In this document: in pieces, positions 36,937 to 46,451 of the stretch
Layout: each line of letters starts with the position of its first letter
Position numbering within the stretch: the first letter of the stretch is position 1
From: Alphaproteobacteria bacterium
GTDB lineage: Bacteria > Pseudomonadota > Alphaproteobacteria > Bin95
Direction of reading: 5' to 3'
NCBI GenBank assembly: GCA_964291285.2
Contig: OZ219787.1
Location: 1,600,001 to 1,664,000 of the forward strand
Length of the DNA: 64,000 nt
Notes under the pieces: generated by a model
Database searches by the model: none
Told to the model about the DNA's origin: nothing
The model's input: only the letters and a program-made list of their open reading frames with translations
Position numbers and translations under genes: made by a program

Positions 36937-38280
36937 TCAGAACGCGGCGTCGCGACCGTCGGCCCTGGCGACCTCGCGGGCATTGGGGTTGACGGAGGGG
37001 CGGAACGGCATCTCGCACACTTCCGCCGCCACCGGCTGCCCCGGTTGCTCGGCGTAGCGGTCCGGCAGCCAGACGGCGTATTCCGTGCCGATGCCCGCCT
37101 TCTCCACCGGCACATAGCCCATGGATATGTTGCAGCCGAGCTCGGGCGAGTACCAGGGCGAGGTGAGATAGCCGACCGGCTCGCCGCCGCCCGGTTCCGA
37201 CACCAGCCAGAAGTCGGGCGCATAGTCGTCGATGGGCTTGCCGCCCATGCGCAGGCCCACAAGCTGCTGGCGCCAGGGCGGGTTGCCGGCTTCCATGTCG
37301 GCGCGCATGCGTTCCAGCGCCGCCCTGCCGATATAGTCGGCGGTCTTCTTGCGCGGCACCTGGTAGCCGAGATTGCACTGGAAGGGGTTGGTCTCGTGGT
37401 CGAGGTCCTGGCCCCAGGAGAGGATACCCGCCGCGATACGGCGCTGGTGGCCGGGCGCAATCACCATCAGCTGGTGCGCCTTGCCGGCCTCAAGCACGGC
37501 CTCCCACATGGCGTTGGCATGCAGGGTCGCGTCGCGCAGATAGATTTCGTAGCCCTTCTCGCCCGAGAAGCCGGACTGCGAGATGACGACGGCGCAGCCG
37601 CCCACCTCCGCCTCCATGATGCCGTAGAACGGAATCTCGTAGATGGCGGGCCCGACCAGGTCGGCCATCAGGGCTTCCGACTTCGGCCCCTGGATCTGCA
37701 CCGGGCAGACGTCGATCTCGTCGATCTCGACATCCATCCGCGCGCCGGTATTGACGCCCTGAAGCCAGAACAGGATGTCGCTGTCGGAAAGCGAGAACCA
37801 GAACTCGTCCTCGGCCAGCCGCAGCAGCACCGGGTCGTTGAGGATGCCGCCCTTCTCGTTGCAGAGGATGACATACTTGCCGTGCATCGGCCGGATGCGG
37901 GCGGCATCGCGGGTGATGACATAGTTCACGAAGCGTTCGGCGTCCGGGCCCTTCACGCGGATCTGGCGCTCGACCGCCACGTTCCACATGGTCACATGCT
38001 TGGTCAGCGCCTCATATTCCACGGAGGCCCCGCCGTCTTCCGGGCGCACATAGCCGCGCGGATGGTAAACGCGGTTATAGACCGTCGCCCGCCAGCAGCC
38101 GGCCTCGTGGCTCAGATGCCAGTAGGGCGACTTGCGCACGCGGGTCGAGATCAGCAGCTCCGTCTTCGTCGGCCCGCTCTGGCGCAGATTGTAGGGCACG
38201 ACGCGGTCGGACTGGTTCACGCTTGTCGCCTGTTCCCTGCGGTAGCGGGAATCGAGGCTCGGGGAATTGTCGAGGGGCAT
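36937..38280 (-). CDS. GcvT-like THF-dependent aminomethyltransferase/demethylase (DmdA-like clade)
   Basis: 'R.SPY', 'VYN', 'V.GPDA', 'GGILNDPVLL', 'IQGPKS', 'SGFSGEKGYEI', 'RRIAAGILSWGQD'; no gcvH/gcvP nearby. Confidence 0.8.
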   Translation of the reverse strand: MPLDNSPSLDSRYRREQATSVNQSDRVVPYNLRQSGPTKTELLISTRVRKSPYWHLSHEAGCWRATVYNRVYHPRGYVRPEDGGASVEYEALTKHVTMWNVAVERQIRVKGPDAERFVNYVITRDAARIRPMHGKYVILCNEKGGILNDPVLLRLAEDEFWFSLSDSDILFWLQGVNTGARMDVEIDEIDVCPVQIQGPKSEALMADLVGPAIYEIPFYGIMEAEVGGCAVVISQSGFSGEKGYEIYLRDATLHANAMWEAVLEAGKAHQLMVIAPGHQRRIAAGILSWGQDLDHETNPFQCNLGYQVPRKKTADYIGRAALERMRADMEAGNPPWRQQLVGLRMGGKPIDDYAPDFWLVSEPGGGEPVGYLTSPWYSPELGCNISMGYVPVEKAGIGTEYAVWLPDRYAEQPGQPVAAEVCEMPFRPSVNPNAREVARADGRDAAF

Positions 38281-38469
38281 GGGCTTCGCGCCTCCGCAGC
38301 AGGGACAGGAATCCCAGAATCGGCGCGGAGTCCGGGGCGGATGCGCCCGTTCGCGACGATTTTCGCGGCATGTGCGACAGAATTTTGCTTCCGGGGTGCC
38401 GGAACCGATTGACAAGCAGGCGACGCGGCGGCATTTGCAACTTTAGCGTCATATTGCCGGAGTCGGCCC

Positions 38470-39495
38470 ATGGCTGGCGAGCAGGTATTCCGCGGGAGCG
38501 ACGGCGCACCTGTCGAGGTGACGCTCCTGCCCATTCCGAACTTCTCCCTTTCGAGTTTCGCGGCGTTGGTCGAGCCCCTTCGCCTTGCGAACTACGTTGC
38601 GGAGCGCCCGCTCTACAGCTGGCGGGTCGTAACGCCGGAAGGCGCGCCGGTGCGCTCCAGCTGCGGCGTGGCGGTGGCGGCGGACGAGCCGGCCGAGCGC
38701 ATCCGGCGACCGGAGAACATCGTTGTCTGCGGCGGCGTGGACGGCTGGGCCTATGAGGACCCGGCGGCGCTTGCGCTGCTGCGCCGCTGGGCGCGGGACG
38801 GCGCCTATGTGGGCGCGGCATGCACCGGGGCCTATGTGCTGGCGCGGGCCGGCCTGTTGCAGGACCGGCGCTGCACCATCCATTGGGAGAGCCTCGACGG
38901 GTTCGCCGAGCGGTTCCCGGATATCGACCTGCGCGCGGCGCTGTTCGAGGTCGACCGCGACCGGTTCACCTGCACCGGCGGCGAGGCGGCCTGCGACATG
39001 GTCCTCCAGGATATCGCCTGGCGTCACGGCGGAGACATCATGGCGGCGGTGGCCGGCCAGCTCCTGCATGACCGCGTGCGCAGCGGGCGGGATGAACGCT
39101 ACCTGCCGCACCAGGCCTGGCTCCGCACCAGCCATCCCGTGCTGGTCAAGGCGCTGACCGCCATGGCTGCTAATCGGGAAGAGCGCCTTTCCCTGGTGGA
39201 GATCGCCCGGGAGGCCAATGTCTCGCCGCGCCAGCTTGAGCGGCTGTTCCGGCGCTATCTCGATTCGACCCCGGCGCGCTGGTATCTGCGGATGCGGCTG
39301 ACGCGGGCGCGCCAGTTGCTGATCGAGACGCAAATGCCGGTGACCTGGATCGCGGTCGCCTGCGGCTTCGGCTCGACCTCGCATTTCTCTAAGAACTACC
39401 GCCAGTTCTTCGGCGTCTGCCCGCGCGAGGAACGGCGCCAGCGCCGGGCCGCGCGCGAGTCCGCTGCCGCGCCACCGGTGAGCCGCGCGGCATAG
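38470..39495 (+). CDS. GlxA-family transcriptional regulator (DJ-1 plus AraC domains)
   Basis: 'F...VEPLRLAN', 'ACTGA.VLA.AGLL', 'TIHWE', 'SPRQLERLF', 'IAVACGF.S.SHFS'. Confidence 0.92.
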   Translation: MAGEQVFRGSDGAPVEVTLLPIPNFSLSSFAALVEPLRLANYVAERPLYSWRVVTPEGAPVRSSCGVAVAADEPAERIRRPENIVVCGGVDGWAYEDPAALALLRRWARDGAYVGAACTGAYVLARAGLLQDRRCTIHWESLDGFAERFPDIDLRAALFEVDRDRFTCTGGEAACDMVLQDIAWRHGGDIMAAVAGQLLHDRVRSGRDERYLPHQAWLRTSHPVLVKALTAMAANREERLSLVEIAREANVSPRQLERLFRRYLDSTPARWYLRMRLTRARQLLIETQMPVTWIAVACGFGSTSHFSKNYRQFFGVCPREERRQRRAARESAAAPPVSRAA

Positions 39496-39649
39496 AGCAT
39501 AATCGGTTCAGGTTGAAACGACGGGGATAGGCCCGGCCCCGCCCCTACCGTATGCACATCTGTCAATTCGGCCTGTATCCGGTCCACTCCCTGTGGACCA
39601 TGTCTGCCCCCTTCGACAGGCAGGGGCCGGAGCGGTGATGGCGTGTGAC

Positions 39650-40150
39650 AAATTGTTCCTAAAATTTAAGTAATAATTCTCTATTCTGGGATTGCATCTG
39701 AGAAAACAGTGATATGATAGGTGCGAGGTGAGCGGCATCCGGAGCCGCTTCCCGCCCGCGCCGGCCCGGTGCGGAACGACCCCGATTCAGCCGACAGGCG
39801 AGGTGTGCCCTGCGCCTGCCTCGCGTGCGCGCAATCAGGCGCGCGAACCGCGCCGGCGCCGACACCCGCCCGCGCCGGCACAGGCGCCCGCGCAGGATAC
39901 GCGCGAATAGGGGCCGCTCCGATGCCGGGACGGCATGGCCGTCGAACCGAAACGGAATGAAGGAGCCGCACATGACATTTCCCGACCCGACCGTCGCCCT
40001 CTCCTCACGACAGGAAGCCTTCTGCCGCCACTACACAGCCTCAACCGGCTCCAGAGGGCCGGCCCCTTCAATGCGCCCCGGCAGCCGGACGGGCCCGGAG
40101 ACGCGGAGTTCGCACCCGGCCATGACAAAACATGACATTCCATGACACAT
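39650..40150 (+). repeat. Dispersed ~500-bp element, copy A (boundaries approximate)
   Basis: Collinear conserved blocks with 52190-52710 in reverse orientation, including a 29-nt block with one mismatch (39827-39855) and CATGACA repeats. Confidence 0.7.
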
Positions 40151-40329
40151 GCCTGGAGTGGGCCCCTGGGTTCGGACAATCGGGCCGGGAGGAAAGCCCT
40201 CTCCCCCCGGGGGCGGCGACAGGCAGAATTCGGGGCGACGCAAAGGCAGGTCCGCCGGCCGTTACCCCGGGCGGGCGTGTCGGGCTATGCTCCGGTGAGA
40301 CCGGCCCGCAATGGAGGACTGAAGAGCCC

Positions 40330-41217
40330 ATGCCTTACGCAACGACCGATGACGGGGTGCGCCTGTATTACGAGGAGGCCGGGTCGGGGACGCCGGTCGT
40401 CTTCGTGCATGAATTCGCGGGCGACATGCGCTCCTGGGAGCCGCAGATGCGCCATTTCTCGCATCGCTACCGCGCGCTCGCCTACAATGCGCGCGGCTAT
40501 CCGCCCTCCGAGGTGCCGGAGGAGCCGTCGAGCTACAGCCAGACGCGCGCCGCGGACGACATTGCGGCAGTCATGGACGCGGCCGGGATTGACCGCGCGC
40601 ATATCTGCGGGCTCTCCAAGGGCGGGTTCGCCACCTTGCATTTCGGCTTCCGACACCCGGCCCGCGCGATCTCGCTGGTCGTGGCGGGCTGCGGTTACGG
40701 GGCCGAGCCCGACAAGCGCGCGCAGTTCAAGGCCGAGGCCGAGGCGACGGCGGAGCTGATCGAGCGGGACGGCATGGACGTCTTCGCCGACATCTACTCG
40801 AAAGGTCCGACCCGGGTGCAGTTCGAGAACAAGGACCCGCGCGGCTGGCGCGAGTTTCGCGACCAGCTTGCCGAACATTCGCAGGCGGGCGCGGCGGCCA
40901 CCATGCGCGGCCTCCAGGCGCGGCGGCCTTCGCTCTACGATCTTACGGACGAGATGGCAGCACTCCGGGTGCCGACCCTGGTGCTGACCGGCGACGAGGA
41001 CTGGCCCTGCCTGCTGCCGGGCGTGCTGATGAAGCAGACCATTCCCTCGGCGGCGCTCTCGGTGATGGTGAATTGCGGCCACACCATCAACATCGAGGAC
41101 CCGGACGGGTTCAACCGCATCTGCGGGGACTTCTTCGCCCAGGTCGATGCCGGCCGCTGGCCGGAGCGCGACCCGCGCGCGGTCACGGGCTCGATCCTCG
41201 GCGTCGAGGCGAAATAG
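40330..41217 (+). CDS. Alpha/beta hydrolase fold protein
   Basis: 'LYYEEAGSG.P.VFVHE', nucleophile elbow GLSKGG, 'LTGDED', 'GHTIN.E.P'. Confidence 0.87.
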   Translation: MPYATTDDGVRLYYEEAGSGTPVVFVHEFAGDMRSWEPQMRHFSHRYRALAYNARGYPPSEVPEEPSSYSQTRAADDIAAVMDAAGIDRAHICGLSKGGFATLHFGFRHPARAISLVVAGCGYGAEPDKRAQFKAEAEATAELIERDGMDVFADIYSKGPTRVQFENKDPRGWREFRDQLAEHSQAGAAATMRGLQARRPSLYDLTDEMAALRVPTLVLTGDEDWPCLLPGVLMKQTIPSAALSVMVNCGHTINIEDPDGFNRICGDFFAQVDAGRWPERDPRAVTGSILGVEAK

Positions 41218-41225
41218 CCTAAATG

Positions 41226-42287
41226 TCAGGCGGCGGCAGCCTCCATCGCGTCGAGCGGGGCTGTCGGCCGCACATTTGCGGGAAGCCGGAGGCCGAGCGG
41301 GCGGCCGGTGGCCGGGTCGCGGCCATGGCGGCTGAAGAACGGCTCCGGCACGGCGCGCCCGTCCGGCACGGCGAGCCAGATCCGGTAGAGGTGGCGCTTC
41401 CGGCCGGGCAGTTCCTCATAGGCCGTGCGCGTGTGCAGGACCGCGAGATTGTCGATCCACTGGATGTCGCCCGGCTGGAAGTCCATGTCGAGGCGGAGGT
41501 CCGTATCGGCGGCGGTCAGCTCCAGGAAGTCGAGCGCCTCGATTTGCTCGGGCGTCAGGTCGGGTGCGCCGTCGTGCCGCGTGCAGGAGTCGATGAAGCG
41601 CCGCACGAGGTTGACCGTCATGCGCCCGTCGGCCGCCCGCATGAAGACCGGCATCTCGTACCAGGGAAGCTGGCCTTCGACCTCTTCGCCCCGCCGGTCG
41701 ATCAGGAAGGGCTCGGCCAGCACCTTCGCAAGGTCCGGCCGGCGTTCGAGGATGCGGTTCCAGACGGCGCCCGCGCTGACGATGCTGGAGAGGCCGCCCG
41801 TCCGCGCCGGGACGAGGCAGAACAGGCCGACGATCTCCGCGCCGATATCGGTGTGGAAGGGCAGTTCGGCCGAGGACTGGTAGCCGCGCTTGTCGGGCGC
41901 CCAGGCGTCGATGCCGAGGTCCTTCACATGGCCGAGCAGGTGCCCGAGCGGGTTCTGGCAGACGGGCATGCCGATGCGCGACCCGATGGCCCAGAAGGCG
42001 CGCGCGGCGACCTCGCGCGGCCACTCGTCCACCGGCAGGCCGCGCATCAGGGCGAAGCCGCAGCCCTCGACGACGGCGTCGCGCATGTCCCTGAGGCGCG
42101 CATCGAGGCGGGGCAGGGGCAGGTCGTCCCGGGTAAGCGCGGTCAGCTCGCGGTCGAGGGCCGCTCTTGCCACCGTTTCCAGTTCGGCGGTCTCGGCGGC
42201 GTCGAGCGTCACGATCCAGTCGTCCCGCTGCATGAGGTCGCCGCCGTGCCAGACGGACGGGCCGGCGATGGGTTCGAGCGCCGTCAT
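41226..42287 (-). CDS. TauD/TfdA (clavaminate synthase-like) Fe/2-oxoglutarate dioxygenase
   Basis: HxD 'PFHTD', distal 'DN..VLH.R', 'RHLYRIW'. Confidence 0.85.
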   Translation of the reverse strand: MTALEPIAGPSVWHGGDLMQRDDWIVTLDAAETAELETVARAALDRELTALTRDDLPLPRLDARLRDMRDAVVEGCGFALMRGLPVDEWPREVAARAFWAIGSRIGMPVCQNPLGHLLGHVKDLGIDAWAPDKRGYQSSAELPFHTDIGAEIVGLFCLVPARTGGLSSIVSAGAVWNRILERRPDLAKVLAEPFLIDRRGEEVEGQLPWYEMPVFMRAADGRMTVNLVRRFIDSCTRHDGAPDLTPEQIEALDFLELTAADTDLRLDMDFQPGDIQWIDNLAVLHTRTAYEELPGRKRHLYRIWLAVPDGRAVPEPFFSRHGRDPATGRPLGLRLPANVRPTAPLDAMEAAAA

Positions 42288-42302
42288 GGGCCTTCCTCCC
42301 GC

Positions 42303-43565
42303 TTATGCGCCGGTTTGCGCGATGTCCCGGCGGCAGAATGCGCCCGGCCAATCTATCGCATCGACGCCGCGATAGGCCAGCGCGCGCGCCTCGCCGCGGG
42401 TCGCCCCGGCCGCGCACACGCCCAGCACCCGGCCGCCGGTTGCGAGCACGCGGCCCCCTTCGCCCGCCGCCGTGCCGGCATGGAAGACGGTGACGCCGTC
42501 CGGCACCCGGTCGAGGCCCGCGATTGCGCCGCCCCGCCGATACGGCCCCGGATAGCCCCCGTTCGCCATGACCACGCAAACCGACGCCTCGTCCGACCAG
42601 CGGAGATCGACATGGGAGAGGTCGCCCTCGGCCGCCGCGACCAGCGCCGGCAGCAGGTCCGAGCGCAGCCGCAGCATCAGCGCCTGCGTCTCCGGGTCGC
42701 CGAAGCGCACATTGAACTCCAGCAGCTTCGGGTCGCCGCCCTCGATCATCAGCCCGGCGAACAGCACGCCGCGATAGGGCATGCCGTCGGCCGCCATCCG
42801 CCGGACGGCCGGCAGGAAGATTTCGTTCTCGATCCTGGCCGCCAGCTCCGGCGTGACCGGGGGCGCGGGCGAGTGGCTGCCCATGCCGCCGGTATTGGGG
42901 CCGGTGTCGCCCTCGCCGGCGCGCTTGTAGTCCTGGGCCGTCTCCAGCATCAGCACGCGCTCGCCGTCCGCCAGCGCGAAGGCGCTCACCTCCTCGCCCG
43001 CAAGGCAGTCCTCGATCACGACCCTGGCGCCTGCCTCTCCGAAAGCGCGCTCGACCATGGCGGCGCTCACGGCGGCTTCGGCCTCCCCGACCGTGGCGGC
43101 GACGGTGACGCCCTTGCCGGCGGCGAGGCCGTCCGCCTTCACCACGACCGGCGCGCCGCTCTCCCGGATATGGGCAATGGCAGCTCCGGCATCGTCGAAC
43201 ACGGCGAAGCCGGCGGTCGGGATGCCGGCGCGGCGGGCGAGGTCCTTCATAAAGGCCTTGGAGCTTTCCAGCCGCGCCGCCGCCCTGTCCGGCCCGAACA
43301 CCGCGATGCCGTCCTGCCGGAGGCGGTCCGCCAGCCCGGCCGCCAGCGGCGCTTCCGGCCCGACGACGACGAGGTCCATGCGTTCCTCCCGTGCAAGCGC
43401 CGCCAGGCCCTCGACATCCTCGGCGGCGACCGCCGCGCAGTCCGCCTCGGCCGCGATGCCGGGATTGCCCGGCGCGCACCAGAGCCGCTCCACCAGCGGC
43501 GAGGCCGCAATCGTCCAGGCGAGCGCATGTTCGCGCCCGCCGCCGCCCACCACCAGAACCCGCAT
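42303..43565 (-). CDS. purD: Phosphoribosylamine-glycine ligase
   Basis: GGGGREHAL, APGNPG, VGPEAPL, KADGLAAGKGV, GPNTGGMG, RFGDPE. Confidence 0.97.
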   Translation of the reverse strand: MRVLVVGGGGREHALAWTIAASPLVERLWCAPGNPGIAAEADCAAVAAEDVEGLAALAREERMDLVVVGPEAPLAAGLADRLRQDGIAVFGPDRAAARLESSKAFMKDLARRAGIPTAGFAVFDDAGAAIAHIRESGAPVVVKADGLAAGKGVTVAATVGEAEAAVSAAMVERAFGEAGARVVIEDCLAGEEVSAFALADGERVLMLETAQDYKRAGEGDTGPNTGGMGSHSPAPPVTPELAARIENEIFLPAVRRMAADGMPYRGVLFAGLMIEGGDPKLLEFNVRFGDPETQALMLRLRSDLLPALVAAAEGDLSHVDLRWSDEASVCVVMANGGYPGPYRRGGAIAGLDRVPDGVTVFHAGTAAGEGGRVLATGGRVLGVCAAGATRGEARALAYRGVDAIDWPGAFCRRDIAQTGA

Positions 43566-43606
43566 GGCCTTCACGCCCTCCCGATTCGCGTGTATCTCCG
43601 GCAGCC

Positions 43607-45058
43607 ATGACGCAAGCGCCGCCGCTCTCCAACATACCGGAATACAGTGTCGGCGAGGTCTCGGCAGCCGTTCGCCGCAACCTGGAGGCCGAATTTCCGC
43701 GCGTCCGCGTGCGCGGCGAGGTCTCGGGCTTCAAGCGCGCCGCCTCCGGCCACCTCTATTTCAACCTGAAGGACGACCGCGACGTGTTGAACGCCGTGTG
43801 CTGGCGCGGCGCGGCGGGGCGGCTCGGCCTCCGCCCGGAAGACGGCATGGAGGTGGTCGCGACGGGCCGGGTGACGGCCTACGGCGCGCGCTCCGCCTAC
43901 CAGCTCGTCGTGGACGCGCTCGACCTCGCCGGCGAAGGCGCGCTGCTGAAGCTGCTGGAGGATCGCCGGCGGCGGCTTGCCGAAGAGGGGCTGTTCGACG
44001 CGGACCGCAAGCGGCCGATCCCGTTCCTGCCGGAGCGCGTCGGCATCGTCACCTCGCTCGGCGGGGCGGTGCTGCACGACATCCTCCACCGGCTGCGCGA
44101 ACGCTTCCCGCGCCATGTGCTGGTCTGGCCCGCGCCGGTGCAGGGCGAGGGCGCGGCGGAACGGATCGCCGAAGCCATCGACGGCATGGGGGCATTGCCG
44201 CCGGAAATGCGCCCCGACGTGCTGATCGTGGCGCGCGGCGGCGGCTCGCTGGAGGACCTGTGGGCGTTCAACGAGGAAGCGGTGGTGCGCGCGGCGGCCC
44301 GCTCCGCCATCCCGCTGGTCTCGGCGGTCGGCCATGAGACCGACACGACGCTGATCGACTTCGCGTCCGACCTGCGCGCGCCCACGCCGACGGCCGCGGC
44401 CGAACTGGCGGTGCCGGTGCGCGCCGAACTGCTCGCCGGAACGGCCGGGCAGGGCGAACGGCTGCTGGCGGCGGGCGCGCGCCTCGTGCAGGACCGCCGC
44501 GCGCAGGTCGCCGGCCTCGCGCGCGGCCTGCCGGCGCCGACGGCGCTGCTGGAGCAGGCAGGCCAGCGGCTGGACGACAGGGGCGAGCGCATGGAGGCGG
44601 GGTTGCGCGCCCGCGCGGCCCTGGCGGCCGCCGGGCTGGCGGAACTCTCGGCGCGGTTCGGCCGGCCGCGCGCGCTGCTGGAAAAGCAGGAGGAGCGGCT
44701 GGCGGCATCGGGCGCGGCCTTGCTGCGAACCGGACGCCAGGCGGTGGAGGCGCAGGCGCACCGGCTGGACCGCACGAATGCGGGCCGCCGCCTGCCCGCG
44801 GCGTGGGCGCGCATCGCGGAGAACGCGGCCGCCGGCCTCAACCGGGCCGGCGCGCTGCTCGAAAGCTCCTCCTACCGCCGCGTGCTCGAACGCGGCTTCG
44901 CGCTCGTCCGGGACGAACGGGGTCCGGTCGTGTCGGCGGCGGAGGCGCGGCGGCGGGCGCGCGTCGAGATCGTGTTCGCGGACGGCAAGGCGGCGGCCCA
45001 CATCGTCGGGGACGGCGCGGGCCGCGCGCGCAAGCCGGACCAGGGCACGCTCTTCTGA
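43607..45058 (+). CDS. xseA: Exodeoxyribonuclease VII large subunit
   Basis: 'GEVSG...SGHLYF.LKD', 'RGGGS.EDLW.FN.E', 'SAVGHETD', 'APTPTAAAE'. Confidence 0.96.
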   Translation: MTQAPPLSNIPEYSVGEVSAAVRRNLEAEFPRVRVRGEVSGFKRAASGHLYFNLKDDRDVLNAVCWRGAAGRLGLRPEDGMEVVATGRVTAYGARSAYQLVVDALDLAGEGALLKLLEDRRRRLAEEGLFDADRKRPIPFLPERVGIVTSLGGAVLHDILHRLRERFPRHVLVWPAPVQGEGAAERIAEAIDGMGALPPEMRPDVLIVARGGGSLEDLWAFNEEAVVRAAARSAIPLVSAVGHETDTTLIDFASDLRAPTPTAAAELAVPVRAELLAGTAGQGERLLAAGARLVQDRRAQVAGLARGLPAPTALLEQAGQRLDDRGERMEAGLRARAALAAAGLAELSARFGRPRALLEKQEERLAASGAALLRTGRQAVEAQAHRLDRTNAGRRLPAAWARIAENAAAGLNRAGALLESSSYRRVLERGFALVRDERGPVVSAAEARRRARVEIVFADGKAAAHIVGDGAGRARKPDQGTLF

Positions 45059-45067
45059 ACCGCCGCG

Positions 45068-45694
45068 TCAGGTCAACGGAATGCCGCCTACATGCTCGGC
45101 GAAGGCCGGACGGTCCCGGAGCCGGGCAAGCCAGGCGTCGCAATTAGGCAGGCTGGCGCGCTCGATGCCGGGCAGGCGGGTATAACGGTTGTAGAAGGCG
45201 CCCACGGGAATGTCGCCCATGGTGAAGCGGCCGCCGGCAACGAAGGCGCGCCCGTCCAGATGAGCGTCCAGAATGCCCCAGACCGATTGCAGCGCGGTGG
45301 CTGCGCGGCCGATCGCATCCATGTCGCGGTCGGCTTCCGGCGTCCGGACCATGCCCCAGAAAACGGGCGTCATGTGCGGCTGGAGGGACGCGGTCGCCCA
45401 GTCCATCCAGCGGTCGGCCAGCGTCCGTTCCGCCGGGTCCCCGGGCCAGAGCCCGCCGGGGTCGTGGACCGCGCCCAGATAGCGGACGATGGTATGGCTT
45501 TCCCAGATGACCGTGCCGCCGTCGACCAGCACCGGCACCAGCCCGTTCGGGTTCATGGCGCGGTATTCGGGCGTGTCGTTGCCGCCGAACGGCCCGCCGA
45601 CATCGAGCCGCTCGCAGGCAACGCCGACCTCGCCGACCGCCCACATCGCCTTCTGCACATTGATCGAGTTGTTGCGTCCGTGAATCACGATCAT
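45068..45694 (-). CDS. Glutathione S-transferase family protein (GstB-like)
   Basis: 'GR..SINVQK', 'NPNGLVP', 'WES..I.RYL', 'FTMGDI'. Confidence 0.88.
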   Translation of the reverse strand: MIVIHGRNNSINVQKAMWAVGEVGVACERLDVGGPFGGNDTPEYRAMNPNGLVPVLVDGGTVIWESHTIVRYLGAVHDPGGLWPGDPAERTLADRWMDWATASLQPHMTPVFWGMVRTPEADRDMDAIGRAATALQSVWGILDAHLDGRAFVAGGRFTMGDIPVGAFYNRYTRLPGIERASLPNCDAWLARLRDRPAFAEHVGGIPLT

Positions 45695-45699
45695 GGCGG

Positions 45700-46353
45700 C
45701 TATTCCCCTTCGTTGGAGGCGGTGTCCAGCGCGTCCCAGCGCTCGCCCCAGCGGTCGAGATAGACGATTTCCTCGAGCGGCCCCCGCCCGACCGGGCCGA
45801 AATTCCCCATCGGCCAGCCGATCGGCAGGATGGCATAGGAATGCACCCCCGGCGGCAGGCCGAGCGCGCGTTCGCTCTCCTCCTCGAAGAAGAGGTGGCG
45901 GGTGGTCAGCGTCGAGCCGAGGCCGAGCCCGCGCGCCGCCAGCAGCATGTTCTGCACGGCCGGGTAGATCGAGGCGCCCGACATGCGGGTCGGCGCCTCG
46001 CCTTCCTCCAGGCAGGCGACGATCCAGACCGGAGCCTCGTCGAAATGCTCGGTCAGATATTCCACCGCGTCATGCTGGCGGTGGTATTTCTCCGCCGAAC
46101 TGCCGGGCGGCGGCGCGCTTGTCTTGTAACGCGGCCCGATGATCTCGTCGAAGGCGCGCTTGTAATGCACCTTGACCGCCTTCTTGATCTCGCGGTCCTT
46201 GATGACCAGGAACCGCCAGCGCTGGAAGTTGCCGCCATTGGCGGCCGAAGCGCCGGCCTCCAGGATCTTGCGGATCAGCTCGTCCGGCACCGGGTCCGGC
46301 TTCAGCCGGCGCATGGCACGGGTGCCGTGCAGGATTTCGAAGAGTTCGGGCAT
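45700..46353 (-). CDS. Nitroreductase family protein
   Basis: 'RAMRRLKPDPVP', 'A.GGN.Q.WRF', 'AVQNMLLAAR.LGLG'. Confidence 0.85.
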   Translation of the reverse strand: MPELFEILHGTRAMRRLKPDPVPDELIRKILEAGASAANGGNFQRWRFLVIKDREIKKAVKVHYKRAFDEIIGPRYKTSAPPPGSSAEKYHRQHDAVEYLTEHFDEAPVWIVACLEEGEAPTRMSGASIYPAVQNMLLAARGLGLGSTLTTRHLFFEEESERALGLPPGVHSYAILPIGWPMGNFGPVGRGPLEEIVYLDRWGERWDALDTASNEGE

Positions 46354-46451
46354 GGCGTTGCGGGGTCTCCGTCCGTGTTTCGGGATGCGGCGGGTGCGGA
46401 AGGGTTATGGATAGAGGCTTTCGGCTGCGGACGGAAGCAGATGGCTGCCTT

